From IMG/VR virus record IMGVR_UViG_3300031088_000001: DNA of 64,000 nt. The stretch is one strand, 5' to 3'. How positions within the stretch are numbered: the first letter of the stretch is position 1; every line of letters starts with the position of its first letter. Of the stretch, positions 41,437 through 51,061 are shown one piece after another. This DNA comes from a virus. The position numbers and the translations under genes are program-made. The notes beneath the pieces are model-generated. The model worked only from the letters and a program-made list of their open reading frames with translations. It did no database searches and had not been told where the DNA came from.

Positions 41437-44390
41437 CAGCCACCTCTCACATAGCCGAAACGTTTCTTGAACTCAGGCTGCGTGACAGGGCACGACGCGG
41501 CGACAGCTACTGGCAAGGTGACGAAAATCCACTTGCCGTCGATCTGACGATACTCCACTTCCAGCTCAAGTCCCAACGTGGCGACGTAAGCCTCAGCCTG
41601 TGCTTGTGTTGCAAACACACCGCGCGATTCGTCGGCCATGGTGTAGCTATTACGCTTCGGCGTCTCGAACGACGGTGCGGCTTTGGCCACTTCCTTGATC
41701 GAAGACACGTTGCGCACGTAAGCCATGGGTTGCTCAGAACGAGTGAGCGCTTGACGCCGCTCATACGCAGTGTTTACACCATAGACAACACGCGACGGAC
41801 GCATAACGAAGCTCAGCGACACCTCGATGCGCTTGTTGTTCGGACGCAGACCCTCGATGAAAGGCATCGGGGAGAACGCCTGACCAAGCGTGTGATGACG
41901 CTGGTAGATCGCATCAACAAAACTCACTGGGTAGCGATAGAACTTGTCCACACCCATAGTGAATTGCCACGCACGGCTCACTTGCGGCTGTTCCCAAACA
42001 GTATCCAGATACATCGGAGCGTTCAGGTGATCCAGCTTGATCTCCATGTCGCGGTACATCGGAGCCTTGGCGGCATAGCGATAGTACGCGAGCGGGCGAT
42101 ACCGTGGAGTGCTCAGCGGAGTCTGCTTGTACGTCAATGGTGAATACTGCGGCGCGTTCAGGTGATTAAGCCTGAAGTTGTCCTTCACGTCGATCTGTAC
42201 CAGCTTGACTGTAGCCACATCGCGGCTGAACTCAGACTGGGTGTATACCGTCTTGCCGAGATAGGAGCGGTTGGCGTCCCAGGCACTGAACAGTATCAGC
42301 TTATCCCAATGCGTGCGCTGGGCTTCGGCTTCTGCCTGCACCTTAAGCACTGTCTGGGAAGGTAGGCGATCCGCAGTCTGGAGTTGCGACTTGGCAAATT
42401 GCGACTTGGTAAGTACAGGTGACGGCACAGCGTTGAGCTTGATGATGCGAGTCTTGTCGCACACTGGCGAGTACCCATCAGCGCTCAGCACTGTAGGTTG
42501 CGTGCTTACATCAGGCTCGTCGGCAGTCCAGCTCTGCACCGAGTTGCTATCGTACCAATCACCGACAAGCGGCTCATTACTCACACGCTCTGGCGGCTCG
42601 TACACAACGGTCAAACCACGAGGCACATCGACCACGTTCTCTTCCCAGACCAATGCACCGTTAAGCTGCATCATCAGGATTGTCCACGTCGCCACAGGTT
42701 TGTCGTACACGGTGTTGATGGTGTACGCAATACGCTGCGCCAAGAGGCTTACTGGGGTGGCGTGAACCACAACAATGTCACCGTTCTTGATCGTGCCTGT
42801 CTTACCGAAGTCACCCCCGTTGACGCTGAACTCGATGATGGATTCATCGGTGTCAATGTCCACGCTGAACCCGTCAGTCATACCTTCGACAGCGAAGAGG
42901 TCCTCGTATTGCACGCGCGGCAGAGCATCGTTCACTTGGTCAAGCGTGCTCAACGTTGGGAACAGCTTCGGCTCGGTGCGCAACTGGAACGTGGTTGCCC
43001 GACGGCCCATGAACGTGACCGCTTGCGCATCGTAGTACGACGCCCGTGCCGGTACGCTGATCTTTACCACGTCGTCTTTCTTCAGGTAACCCGAAGTCCA
43101 CGGAAGACCGTTGACCGTGACCGTCGCGTTCGTGGTGCCGAGCTTGACAAACTCTGGGCGAACCCAGTTGACTGTCCACGTGTACTCATACGCGGCGTTG
43201 TACGGCACGTTCTCCACGATGGTCTGCACAGGGCTGACGTTCGCTTCCGCAGAGGTGACGTCCGCAGCATCCGAATACAGGTCGGTGACAACAACCTCGC
43301 CCATGTAAGCAGCACCAGCCGACCGCACAGTGGTAGCGACGTCGGTCGCATTACCAAGTGTTTGGTCATACTTGATGATGCCAGTGGTGTCGAGGAAGGA
43401 CACGTAGATTTCACTGCGGTAGACCACTACGTCCAGAGGAACCTTGGAGTAGTAGACCGTCTTCTCCAGTGCCTTGGAGTTGCGGTTGATAAGCAGCAAA
43501 CAGCGGTTCGTTGCGTCAACCACATAGACGTATACATCGTTCAGGTCCATGTCGAAGTACAAACCTGGGCGAGCCAGAATCTGCGTCACGGTGAACGAAC
43601 CTGCAACCCGCGCAACTGTGGTGATACCCGAAGCCATGCCCAGATAGAGCAGGCCAGAGTTGTCGCACACAATCGAGGTCAAGCCTGTGAACGTGCCAGT
43701 CTGGGTATACAGCAGCGCGCCCGCGTTGCTCCAGACTTCGATACGGTCAGCGAAGCCGATGACAATGTTGCCTTCCATGTCGCCAGTGGCAGCCAGAGGC
43801 GTACCAGTCAGCGTGTAGGACGAGTCAACGGCGAACAGGTTGGTGAGTTTGTACAGCTTGCCAGCAGTGACTACCCAAGGCACGGCAGCAACGTTGTCAG
43901 CTTCGCTCCAGATAGGAGAAAAGGTGATCGCGACAGGTGTTTCCGCAAAGGTGAGTTTCTTCACCTCGTCGGCAGTGTTGAAGAACCAGATTTCCTTCTT
44001 GGCGTAGTCGATGGATGCGACTGCATCGGCAACGGTGAAGGTTCCGGTGGCTGCGTAGGACAGTTGCTTGCTCGACCCTGGCTTGTACAGCTTGCCATAG
44101 GTAGAGCCGGTGATCGCCTTGTACGCCTGGGTAGTGACGTAACGCAGAGTCTTGGGCAGGTCAACGAACCAGAGGTAAGTCTTCCCGGCGAGAACCACGC
44201 TAATCTCGGCGTATGCAGTCACGGTAGTCGTGAGACGTGCCGTGTCACCTTTCGTAACCTGAATGTCCGTATTCGCAGCGTAGTCTTGGCCCTTGTACGT
44301 GACCACGCAACCCGCTTTCAGAACACCAGTGGCGTCTAGGGTTACGTCTACGTAGGTTGAGCCAGAAGCCAAGCTAACTGGAATAAACAT
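41436..44390 (-). CDS. large baseplate/tail structural protein (984 aa) with a beta-propeller-like region
   Basis: Long ORF in the structural operon. Segments such as VYVYVVDATNRCLLLINRNS and IYVSFLDTTGIIKYD resemble NHL/YVTN-type blades. Confidence 0.6.
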   Translation of the reverse strand: MFIPVSLASGSTYVDVTLDATGVLKAGCVVTYKGQDYAANTDIQVTKGDTARLTTTVTAYAEISVVLAGKTYLWFVDLPKTLRYVTTQAYKAITGSTYGKLYKPGSSKQLSYAATGTFTVADAVASIDYAKKEIWFFNTADEVKKLTFAETPVAITFSPIWSEADNVAAVPWVVTAGKLYKLTNLFAVDSSYTLTGTPLAATGDMEGNIVIGFADRIEVWSNAGALLYTQTGTFTGLTSIVCDNSGLLYLGMASGITTVARVAGSFTVTQILARPGLYFDMDLNDVYVYVVDATNRCLLLINRNSKALEKTVYYSKVPLDVVVYRSEIYVSFLDTTGIIKYDQTLGNATDVATTVRSAGAAYMGEVVVTDLYSDAADVTSAEANVSPVQTIVENVPYNAAYEYTWTVNWVRPEFVKLGTTNATVTVNGLPWTSGYLKKDDVVKISVPARASYYDAQAVTFMGRRATTFQLRTEPKLFPTLSTLDQVNDALPRVQYEDLFAVEGMTDGFSVDIDTDESIIEFSVNGGDFGKTGTIKNGDIVVVHATPVSLLAQRIAYTINTVYDKPVATWTILMMQLNGALVWEENVVDVPRGLTVVYEPPERVSNEPLVGDWYDSNSVQSWTADEPDVSTQPTVLSADGYSPVCDKTRIIKLNAVPSPVLTKSQFAKSQLQTADRLPSQTVLKVQAEAEAQRTHWDKLILFSAWDANRSYLGKTVYTQSEFSRDVATVKLVQIDVKDNFRLNHLNAPQYSPLTYKQTPLSTPRYRPLAYYRYAAKAPMYRDMEIKLDHLNAPMYLDTVWEQPQVSRAWQFTMGVDKFYRYPVSFVDAIYQRHHTLGQAFSPMPFIEGLRPNNKRIEVSLSFVMRPSRVVYGVNTAYERRQALTRSEQPMAYVRNVSSIKEVAKAAPSFETPKRNSYTMADESRGVFATQAQAEAYVATLGLELEVEYRQIDGKWIFVTLPVAVAASCPVTQPEFKKRFGYVRGG

Positions 44391-44403
44391 GGGCGGCTCC
44401 GTG

Positions 44404-44440
44404 GAAACGAAAAAGGGAGCTAAAGATAGTCTTTAGCCCC
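44404..44440 (-). terminator. intrinsic terminator (- strand)
   Basis: On the - strand, GGGGCTAAAG-ACTAT-CTTTAGCTCCC is followed by TTTTTCGTTT, 15 nt after the stop of 44455-45450. Confidence 0.7.
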
Positions 44441-44454
44441 CAGTGAATGCCGAA

Positions 44455-45450
44455 TTAGACGGCTTCAGGTACACCGCCACCCGACACGAGGAGCAGCAGA
44501 CGCATGCCGGCGTTGTTCGGCTTGTTGGCCTTCATCGCGCGGTAGATACGATCCGAAGTCTCGCCGTAGACGCGAACCGGGATTTCCGATTCTTCGCCGA
44601 TCACGTCAGCCGAGGTGTACGCGAACAGGTCGAGTTCCTCGGTGTAAGCGTAACGGTCGGTGTTCAGACGGTTCGGGAAGGTCACCAGGTACTTGTTACC
44701 CTTGGCGATTGCAACCTGATCCTGGCTGTTCAGGATCGCCGCGCTGTTCACCGAGTCGGCGTCAGCCGGCTTGCTGATGGATGGACGGAAGACGTCCTTC
44801 TCGTTGACAACGAACTTCATCGGGCCCGAGGTATCGCACTCGTAGACCACGAAGATCGGCGAGTTGTCGGTGATCAGGGCGACACCGGTGTCCTTGTTCA
44901 CAGGAACTTGGACGTTGAAGAAGCTGTAACGCGGGTTGGCGTCGGAAGCATCTTCCCAGACGAACAGGGTGATACCGCGTGGGGTGGCTACCAGCAGGTA
45001 GGACAGGGTAGTACCCAGGTCGTAGCCGCTGTTCTGCACGTCACGGTTGATGAAGGTGTCGCCGATCACAGGCTGCGGTTTGGTCCAGGAAGTACCCAGC
45101 TGACCCATGACACGAGTACCATTGATATCTACGCCCGAACCTGGGAACGAGGTGACGGCACCCGCAGTGGTGATCTGCTGTGGGTTGGCAATTGCCATCT
45201 TGATCTTGCCCGCACCAGCAGTAGCGCCCGACAGGTCGAGCAGCAGACGCCATGGTTGGGTTTCGTTCAGTGGGTTGACGCCCGCCGAAGAGTCGAAGAC
45301 GAACTTGCCTGCACCACTGGTGACAGAGAAGTTCTGGCCCGAAGCCGGCAGAACCTGAGTCAGACCCGCGCTTTTCAGGTCGGCGAACAGTGCGGTCGCG
45401 AACTGATCGAGACCTTGCAGTTTGGACTTCTTGTAAATCTTACCAGCCAT
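44455..45450 (-). CDS. virion structural protein of unknown family (331 aa), probably abundant
   Basis: GGAGAAACAAC-ATG start and its own downstream terminator. No family recognised. Confidence 0.65.
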   Translation of the reverse strand: MAGKIYKKSKLQGLDQFATALFADLKSAGLTQVLPASGQNFSVTSGAGKFVFDSSAGVNPLNETQPWRLLLDLSGATAGAGKIKMAIANPQQITTAGAVTSFPGSGVDINGTRVMGQLGTSWTKPQPVIGDTFINRDVQNSGYDLGTTLSYLLVATPRGITLFVWEDASDANPRYSFFNVQVPVNKDTGVALITDNSPIFVVYECDTSGPMKFVVNEKDVFRPSISKPADADSVNSAAILNSQDQVAIAKGNKYLVTFPNRLNTDRYAYTEELDLFAYTSADVIGEESEIPVRVYGETSDRIYRAMKANKPNNAGMRLLLLVSGGGVPEAV

Positions 45451-45462
45451 GTTGTTTCTCCG

Positions 45463-46023
45463 TTACACTGATAGGTAACCACACAAGGTGATCGAAATGT
45501 CCGCAATCGTGGAATCCACGAGGTCCGGAGCTGTGATGATGAGGATGTCGCCACGCTCAACCCGAATTGGGTCGGTCGTAGCAGGAACAAACTCAGCTTC
45601 TTCCACGAAGGCTTTAAAGCGGATAGTGCCTACGGGGATAAACTCCGATTTGCGCGTGATGCCGACGCTAAAGTCTTGCTGCGAACCAGAGGCTTGCAGC
45701 GCATACGCAATGGCACCAGCCAGCGATCCTTGCAGATAGAAAGTCCTGGAAGCGACCACATACAGCACTTTGGCAGAAGGGTCAGGCTTACCGAGTACAG
45801 TACCCGACAAGTCGTAGGACAACGCGCTGTGCGCAGGGTTGCGAAGATTCCAACCCTGATGGAACTCGTAGATTCCCGGGATGAAGTTTCCCGAGACTTC
45901 CGTGAGTTCCCACAGCGAGCCGTCTGTAGGACTCGAAGGGAACTGAGGCCCTCGGCGCGCATCGTCGAGCATCTGAATAGAGAGGCCCGAACCGGCGACA
46001 AGTTGCAATCCGTCAGCGATCAT
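45463..46023 (-). CDS. structural hypothetical protein (186 aa)
   Basis: Internal ATG 46023 after AGGAG. TAATG overlap with the upstream stop. Confidence 0.6.
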   Translation of the reverse strand: MIADGLQLVAGSGLSIQMLDDARRGPQFPSSPTDGSLWELTEVSGNFIPGIYEFHQGWNLRNPAHSALSYDLSGTVLGKPDPSAKVLYVVASRTFYLQGSLAGAIAYALQASGSQQDFSVGITRKSEFIPVGTIRFKAFVEEAEFVPATTDPIRVERGDILIITAPDLVDSTIADISITLCGYLSV

Positions 46024-46235
46024 TAGGCTACTCCTGCTCGGCCCGCACGCGGGACTGACCACTCGATGTGACACTCAGTCAGAGATACAGGCTTGACAGC
46101 CTTCGGCAGGATCTTTTGAACCACGCCGTCAATCTCCACATACGCATCCACCACTGGGGCTCTGGTGAATAAATTATGCCGAACAATCCAGGTGGAAGCC
46201 GGCTCTAGTTGCTGGTGCTCGTAACGGACACTCAT
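46023..46235 (-). CDS. small protein consisting of one copy of the shared W-x-[IV]-x-H-x-L domain
   Basis: MSVRYEHQQLEPASTWIVRHNLFTRAPVVDAYV...IEWSVPRAGRAGVA. ATGA overlap upstream. Confidence 0.6.
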   Translation of the reverse strand: MSVRYEHQQLEPASTWIVRHNLFTRAPVVDAYVEIDGVVQKILPKAVKPVSLTECHIEWSVPRAGRAGVA

Positions 46236-46831
46236 ATGCACCGCGCCTTGCCCGTGACTGGGCTATTGAAAGTTGCGGTTGCAGAGAGCATATCCTCCGA
46301 GTGAACAAGCGTCACTGGTTGGATTTCCATGTTCCCGACGAAGCAGCGGATGATCGGCGTATAGCCCAGCTGGTGGTTGATGACCCACACTTGCTGATCC
46401 TGGAAGTTCTGCTCGTATGCGACTTGCGCACGCGGCAGTCCTTCGGTGGCACCCATGATGAGGATGGCACGACCTGCTTGCGGTTGAGCGAAGCTGATTG
46501 TGGCGTGGTTGAATTTGAAGTCAACCTCGTCGAACTCAATCGCCTTGTTGTCACCACTGACTACCTGAACGATACACCCTGCGGTCTGCAGGGCGTGGTC
46601 GATTTCCCAAGTGGCCGAAGCTACAAACTGGTCATGGACGTGAGTCTGTAGTTCGGTACTCATAGGCAGCCAAGCTGGCACGCCATTCGCAATCTCCAAG
46701 CAGATAAAAATCCGCCGGTTCATGAAAATGAACGTGCCCGGTTTCGGTTCAGACGGCCAAGATTCAACGGGTTCCAACGTTACGTTCTTCAGGAGGTTGC
46801 CCTGAAGATCGAAGTGGCCGTTGATTTTCAT
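46232..46831 (-). CDS. fibre-associated protein with two copies of the W-x-[IV]-x-H-x-L domain
   Basis: The N-terminus MKINGHFDLQGNLLKNVTLEPVESWPSEPKPGTFIF resembles that of 46844-48538. The domain copies contain ATWEIDHAL and QVWVINHQL. Confidence 0.65.
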   Translation of the reverse strand: MKINGHFDLQGNLLKNVTLEPVESWPSEPKPGTFIFMNRRIFICLEIANGVPAWLPMSTELQTHVHDQFVASATWEIDHALQTAGCIVQVVSGDNKAIEFDEVDFKFNHATISFAQPQAGRAILIMGATEGLPRAQVAYEQNFQDQQVWVINHQLGYTPIIRCFVGNMEIQPVTLVHSEDMLSATATFNSPVTGKARCI

Positions 46832-46843
46832 GAAGCCTCCTGA

Positions 46844-48538
46844 TTATGCCGCTACCTTCTTGCCGTTGATGACGATGTACACCTTCTGAGCAACGGCCAG
46901 AGTGACGACCAGGTTATTGGCGTCAGTCAGGGTAACGTTGTCAGGCAGAATCTGCGTGAAGGTTTCGTCGTATACGGCGACAGTTGCCCAACGGTAGTTC
47001 AGACCGTGGTTGATGCTGTAGGTGTCCTGTGCAGCACCAGTGGTGCCGTCGAACACTACTTGGCTTGCACCGGCGCCAGCTTCCAGCGTGTCGATGCGGT
47101 CAGCCAGAGGGCCAGTGATATCGGTCACCGACTTGCGGTTCGCGATGCTGTTGTCGCCAGCCGGAGCAGGAACAGTGACGTCGCCAGTAACAGCGCCGCC
47201 TTCTGCAAGGCTCAGGTAGGTATCGCTCAGGTCACCAACTTTCAGACCAGCAGCACCCAGCGACAGGGTAGCGCCGTCGAGCTTGACGCTCAGCGCAGTA
47301 CCGGCACCGCCTTGCAGACCGTTACCCAGTGCAGCGGCAGCGATGGTACGAGCAGTCACGCCTTCGTCAGCGATGGACACACCGTCAGCCGAAACGGCCA
47401 GGCCGCTGGAGGCTTTCAGTTTCAGTGCCAGCACAGCGTCTTCTTCGGTCGAAGCAGCGCCAGAGGTCGGATCAACCAGAGCCAGACCGCCAGTAGTACC
47501 AACGTCGATACCGACTTCACCGTCAGGCAGGTTGGTCACACCAGCACCGAACTTGACGCTGATGGTGTTGCCTTCTTTCAACAGGCCAGCCGAAACAGTG
47601 ACGCCGCTCAGGCCGCCATGCTCGCTCCAGTTGGTACCGTTGAACTTCATGAACTTGACAGCGTTGCGGTCCCAGACCAGGACGCCAGGACCACGCTCGC
47701 TCACGTCGTACACGACTTTGAAGCTGGCGCCGTCCTTCTGAACAATGTCACCATCTTCCAGACCGGCGATGGTGCCGAAGCCCGAGTCGAGTGCGTCTGC
47801 ATCGGTGATGATATAGCGAACAGCGTTGTCAGGCAGAGTGTTGCTCAGGTCAGGGATGGTGCTGGCGTCAACCTGAGTAGCCAGAACGTCCGCTTGGAAG
47901 TCCAGGTCAGCTTTCAGGTTGTCAATGTCGATCAGACGAACAGGGTCAGTCGGATCAACTGGAGCAGCCAGGTTCTTCGCGGTGTTGGTGCCGCCGAAGT
48001 TCAGGTTGCCGTTGATGGCATCGCCAGCCTTGTTCAGCGGGGTGAAGCCCAACTCAGCTTGTTTGCCGTCGATCTGGCCCTGAATGGCAGAAGTGACGCC
48101 ATCCAGGTAGCCCAGTTCTTCGACGTTGACAGTCGCGCTGCCAGTGATCTTACCGTCAGCATCGGACACGACAACAACGCTTGGAGCCAGGTCCAGAGTT
48201 GCAACGGTCGATGCAGCACCGGTGATTTCATCCTGCTTGGCACCCAGACCATCGGTCAGTTGCTTGAAGCTGGCAGGGTTCAGGTCTTCGGTGCCTGGGC
48301 CACTCAGGATCAGAGGGCCGGTCAGGGTACCGCCGTCGAGCGACAGGTAGTTGTCGAGATTGCCACCGGAGGCGACGGTCAGGACCTCTTCACCATCGTA
48401 CCAGCGCAGAGCTTTGTCGGTGGTGTTGACCCAAACCAGACCTACCTTCAGGTCTTCGGCTGCCGGATCACTGGTGAGACGCTGCGGCTTGAGGCCACGA
48501 ATCTCACCAAGCAGGGTGAGGTTACCATTTTTCAGCAT
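46844..48538 (-). CDS. tail fibre protein (564 aa)
   Basis: Fibre-type motifs LSLDGGTLTGPL and GYLDGVTSAIQGQIDGK, with Ala/Gly/Thr/Val-rich repetitive beta sequence. GGAG SD. Confidence 0.75.
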   Translation of the reverse strand: MLKNGNLTLLGEIRGLKPQRLTSDPAAEDLKVGLVWVNTTDKALRWYDGEEVLTVASGGNLDNYLSLDGGTLTGPLILSGPGTEDLNPASFKQLTDGLGAKQDEITGAASTVATLDLAPSVVVVSDADGKITGSATVNVEELGYLDGVTSAIQGQIDGKQAELGFTPLNKAGDAINGNLNFGGTNTAKNLAAPVDPTDPVRLIDIDNLKADLDFQADVLATQVDASTIPDLSNTLPDNAVRYIITDADALDSGFGTIAGLEDGDIVQKDGASFKVVYDVSERGPGVLVWDRNAVKFMKFNGTNWSEHGGLSGVTVSAGLLKEGNTISVKFGAGVTNLPDGEVGIDVGTTGGLALVDPTSGAASTEEDAVLALKLKASSGLAVSADGVSIADEGVTARTIAAAALGNGLQGGAGTALSVKLDGATLSLGAAGLKVGDLSDTYLSLAEGGAVTGDVTVPAPAGDNSIANRKSVTDITGPLADRIDTLEAGAGASQVVFDGTTGAAQDTYSINHGLNYRWATVAVYDETFTQILPDNVTLTDANNLVVTLAVAQKVYIVINGKKVAA

Positions 48539-48553
48539 GAAAATACTCCAGGA

Positions 48554-49345
48554 TCAGGAAGCGATCTCTACGATTTGGATACGAGGGTTGGATTGCAGCT
48601 CGGTGAGCAACCTCCCAAGAGGCTGATCGCCAACGACAACTCCGTTCTTCAACGCAATATCGTCATCCGTGTAGTTTTTGATGACCACTGGGACAACGAT
48701 ATCAGGTAGCAAGACCTTGTCGAGGTAATGCGTGAGTCGTTCCTTGACGATGAAGATGTTGGTCTTCTTGTAATACTCAAGGTCGTCCACGCCGATGTAC
48801 GTGATCAGGCTATCAACCTGACTTCGGTTCGACGTGATCGTCTTGGGCACCAAGTTGGAACCAAGCAGGCAGTCGACCTCGTAGAGTTCAAACAGGGTCG
48901 ACTGCAATGCTCCTACTAAGGCCTCGATGATCTTCGGATAGGCCTCAAGGTGCGACATACCCACAGTAGCACGGACCCGACGCTTGAAGTTGTTCGGGAT
49001 GTGCTTATGCACCGCGCCCCATACCTCAAGGAACTGAGGCAGGAACACGTCGCTGTGGATTTTGAAGATGTGCTTGTTCGAGTTGATAATCTCACCAAAA
49101 CGCTGGAAGATTATCTGGATGTCCGATTCATCCACGGTGTTGCGATTGAGCAGCAGGCTTTCCACCTTGGTAGCCCAGTCAGAGTAGCTGTTGAAGAACA
49201 GCAACTGGATTTCGCGGGCGACCTGGCTAAACTGCTTCCGTTCGTCGATCAACTCAGTCAGGATGAATGACTTGGAGTTGTAGTAGCGCTCCAAAGCCTT
49301 AGAACTCACAGAACGAAAGCGTATGTTGTTAAGCACGTAGGCCAT
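48554..49345 (-). CDS. hypothetical cytoplasmic protein (263 aa), first gene of the lower-GC insert
   Basis: K/N/I/F/Y-rich composition. Sampled rows give about 43-58% GC, versus about 58-65% in the flanking fibre genes. Confidence 0.6.
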   Translation of the reverse strand: MAYVLNNIRFRSVSSKALERYYNSKSFILTELIDERKQFSQVAREIQLLFFNSYSDWATKVESLLLNRNTVDESDIQIIFQRFGEIINSNKHIFKIHSDVFLPQFLEVWGAVHKHIPNNFKRRVRATVGMSHLEAYPKIIEALVGALQSTLFELYEVDCLLGSNLVPKTITSNRSQVDSLITYIGVDDLEYYKKTNIFIVKERLTHYLDKVLLPDIVVPVVIKNYTDDDIALKNGVVVGDQPLGRLLTELQSNPRIQIVEIAS

Positions 49346-49356
49346 GGGTGCAATTC

Positions 49357-49911
49357 CTACAAACCTCTGTTCTGCATGGTCTTGGCTATGGACATGCCAG
49401 TGAGTACGCCGGCGACTTGCGATTGCTTGTCGCTGATTTCAGCAACCTGACGAGCCAGAGACTCAAGCAGGCGGCTGAGGCGTTCGACTTCTCGCTGGAT
49501 GTTATCATTCTTACGACCAATGTCCTCAGAGGAATTGTCAAGTGTCGAGTCGAGTTTGCGCAGTGCGTCCTGCACCTCGTGGAAGACCTTTTCAAGGCTC
49601 CCGCTCAACAGGGTTGATTGTTGCTCGACGGCCGCACGCAATTGCGCGACCACGTTCACTAACTCGGTGATGTTCTGCTGGCTCTGCAGGCTAGTCGTTA
49701 GCTCCTGCATGAACTTCTGGACGTTCGCCTTTTGCAGGTCAAACTCATCACCCATTCTCTTTTGAAGCTCCGTGTTTGCAGCACGAAGCAGCTTCATTTC
49801 CTCTTGCTGAGGAATGACGAAGAACCAATAGCCAGCCAAGCACGCAATGGCGATCACTGCCGCAATCGCAACCGGCAGGGGGCTACTGAAAATGGTTTGT
49901 ATGGCGTCCAT
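49357..49911 (-). CDS. membrane-anchored coiled-coil protein (184 aa)
   Basis: N-terminal TM LPVAIAAVIAIACLAGYWFFVI followed by a long heptad-like region. Confidence 0.6.
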   Translation of the reverse strand: MDAIQTIFSSPLPVAIAAVIAIACLAGYWFFVIPQQEEMKLLRAANTELQKRMGDEFDLQKANVQKFMQELTTSLQSQQNITELVNVVAQLRAAVEQQSTLLSGSLEKVFHEVQDALRKLDSTLDNSSEDIGRKNDNIQREVERLSRLLESLARQVAEISDKQSQVAGVLTGMSIAKTMQNRGL

Positions 49912-49920
49912 TGAGCAGCC

Positions 49921-50202
49921 TCATTGGCATTTGTCATCGCTCGGTATCACTCGGATTGTCTTGATGTTAGGACTCTCCGGATCGGACTCAATCAGGATTT
50001 CTGACACACGAGGCTCAGTCATGGAGCACAGGTCTCCAGTCGTAGGACTCTCGGTGCAAACGGAACGCACGCAGGCGAGTGTTGAATAGACCACGGACTC
50101 TCGACTTGGATTGCGGTAACCGTACGTCCAGAGAACGTAAAGCATTGCCGCGACCAGGACGAGTATCAGTACCCTAGAAATCCGTGAATGGTTGATTACC
50201 AT
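49921..50202 (-). CDS. small single-pass membrane protein with four Cys (93 aa)
   Basis: N-terminal TM VLILVLVAAMLYVLWTY. Cys residues occur in the extracytoplasmic part. Confidence 0.55.
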   Translation of the reverse strand: MVINHSRISRVLILVLVAAMLYVLWTYGYRNPSRESVVYSTLACVRSVCTESPTTGDLCSMTEPRVSEILIESDPESPNIKTIRVIPSDDKCQ

Positions 50203-51056
50203 TAGCCTCCCTCCACGATATCAAATTTCCCCATCGACTTCCTGTACAACGAAAGCCAGCTGGGCTTGGACTTGAGTCGTGACAGGTTGGCACACGAGCT
50301 GATGTGGAGGTTTAGTGGTTTGTTGTACGACGCTATTGCGAGTGACGCCGCTTCTTTTGGAGTTGGGCCAACCGCCAGCGCAGTCTTAAACCCGCTACGG
50401 CAGATGCCGACGTCAATGTGGCGCCTGTTCGTAGCTACCATGATCTTCTCTAGCTCGGCGTATCCGACCGTATTGTTCCATTCATCTTTCAGTCCGAAGA
50501 CGTTCATCACGATTGTGCCGACGGCTTCTTTCTGGAGATCGAGCAACAACTTGCGGTATTCAAGTACGGTGTTTACGATGTGGATTTCCACGTCCAGTCC
50601 TTCCAGACGAGTTTTTAACTCGGTCAGGCGTAGCGTTGCGAGCGCTGAACTGTCCGTGACGATGTAGGTCTTTGCCCACTTTTCGTTGTAACTGCTGGCA
50701 GCCTTGAGGGCTACCGTGTTGAAGCTGTCTGCACCGATAAGCACCGAGCTGTACTTCGATGGGAAGCCAGTATCGAACTCAGGTTCACCGAGATAGAGAA
50801 TCAAACTCGGCTTGCTGCGCTCGACAGCGGCTTTCAGTACGCGCTTCAAACTCTCCCTGGAGTACGCGGAAGTGTCGTAGGTAAACCGACGGGCGTTGAA
50901 CACGAAGATGTGAGGCTCGCGCTCGACTGCAAGGAGTTGGGCTACAATGGAGTTACCATACAGATCGTGAACCGTTGCGGACTGCACAACCAGTAGGCTT
51001 TGGGCATCTACCGTTAGGCAGTAAATTAGCGAGGCAAGTGCCCAGAGCCCTTTCAT
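50202..51056 (-). CDS. secreted/periplasmic protein (284 aa) with a possible periplasmic-binding-protein-like alpha/beta fold
   Basis: Sec-type signal MKGLWALASLIYCLTVDAQS. Alternating beta-alpha pattern. No family recognised with confidence. Confidence 0.6.
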   Translation of the reverse strand: MKGLWALASLIYCLTVDAQSLLVVQSATVHDLYGNSIVAQLLAVEREPHIFVFNARRFTYDTSAYSRESLKRVLKAAVERSKPSLILYLGEPEFDTGFPSKYSSVLIGADSFNTVALKAASSYNEKWAKTYIVTDSSALATLRLTELKTRLEGLDVEIHIVNTVLEYRKLLLDLQKEAVGTIVMNVFGLKDEWNNTVGYAELEKIMVATNRRHIDVGICRSGFKTALAVGPTPKEAASLAIASYNKPLNLHISSCANLSRLKSKPSWLSLYRKSMGKFDIVEGG

Positions 51057-51061
51057 GGTGT

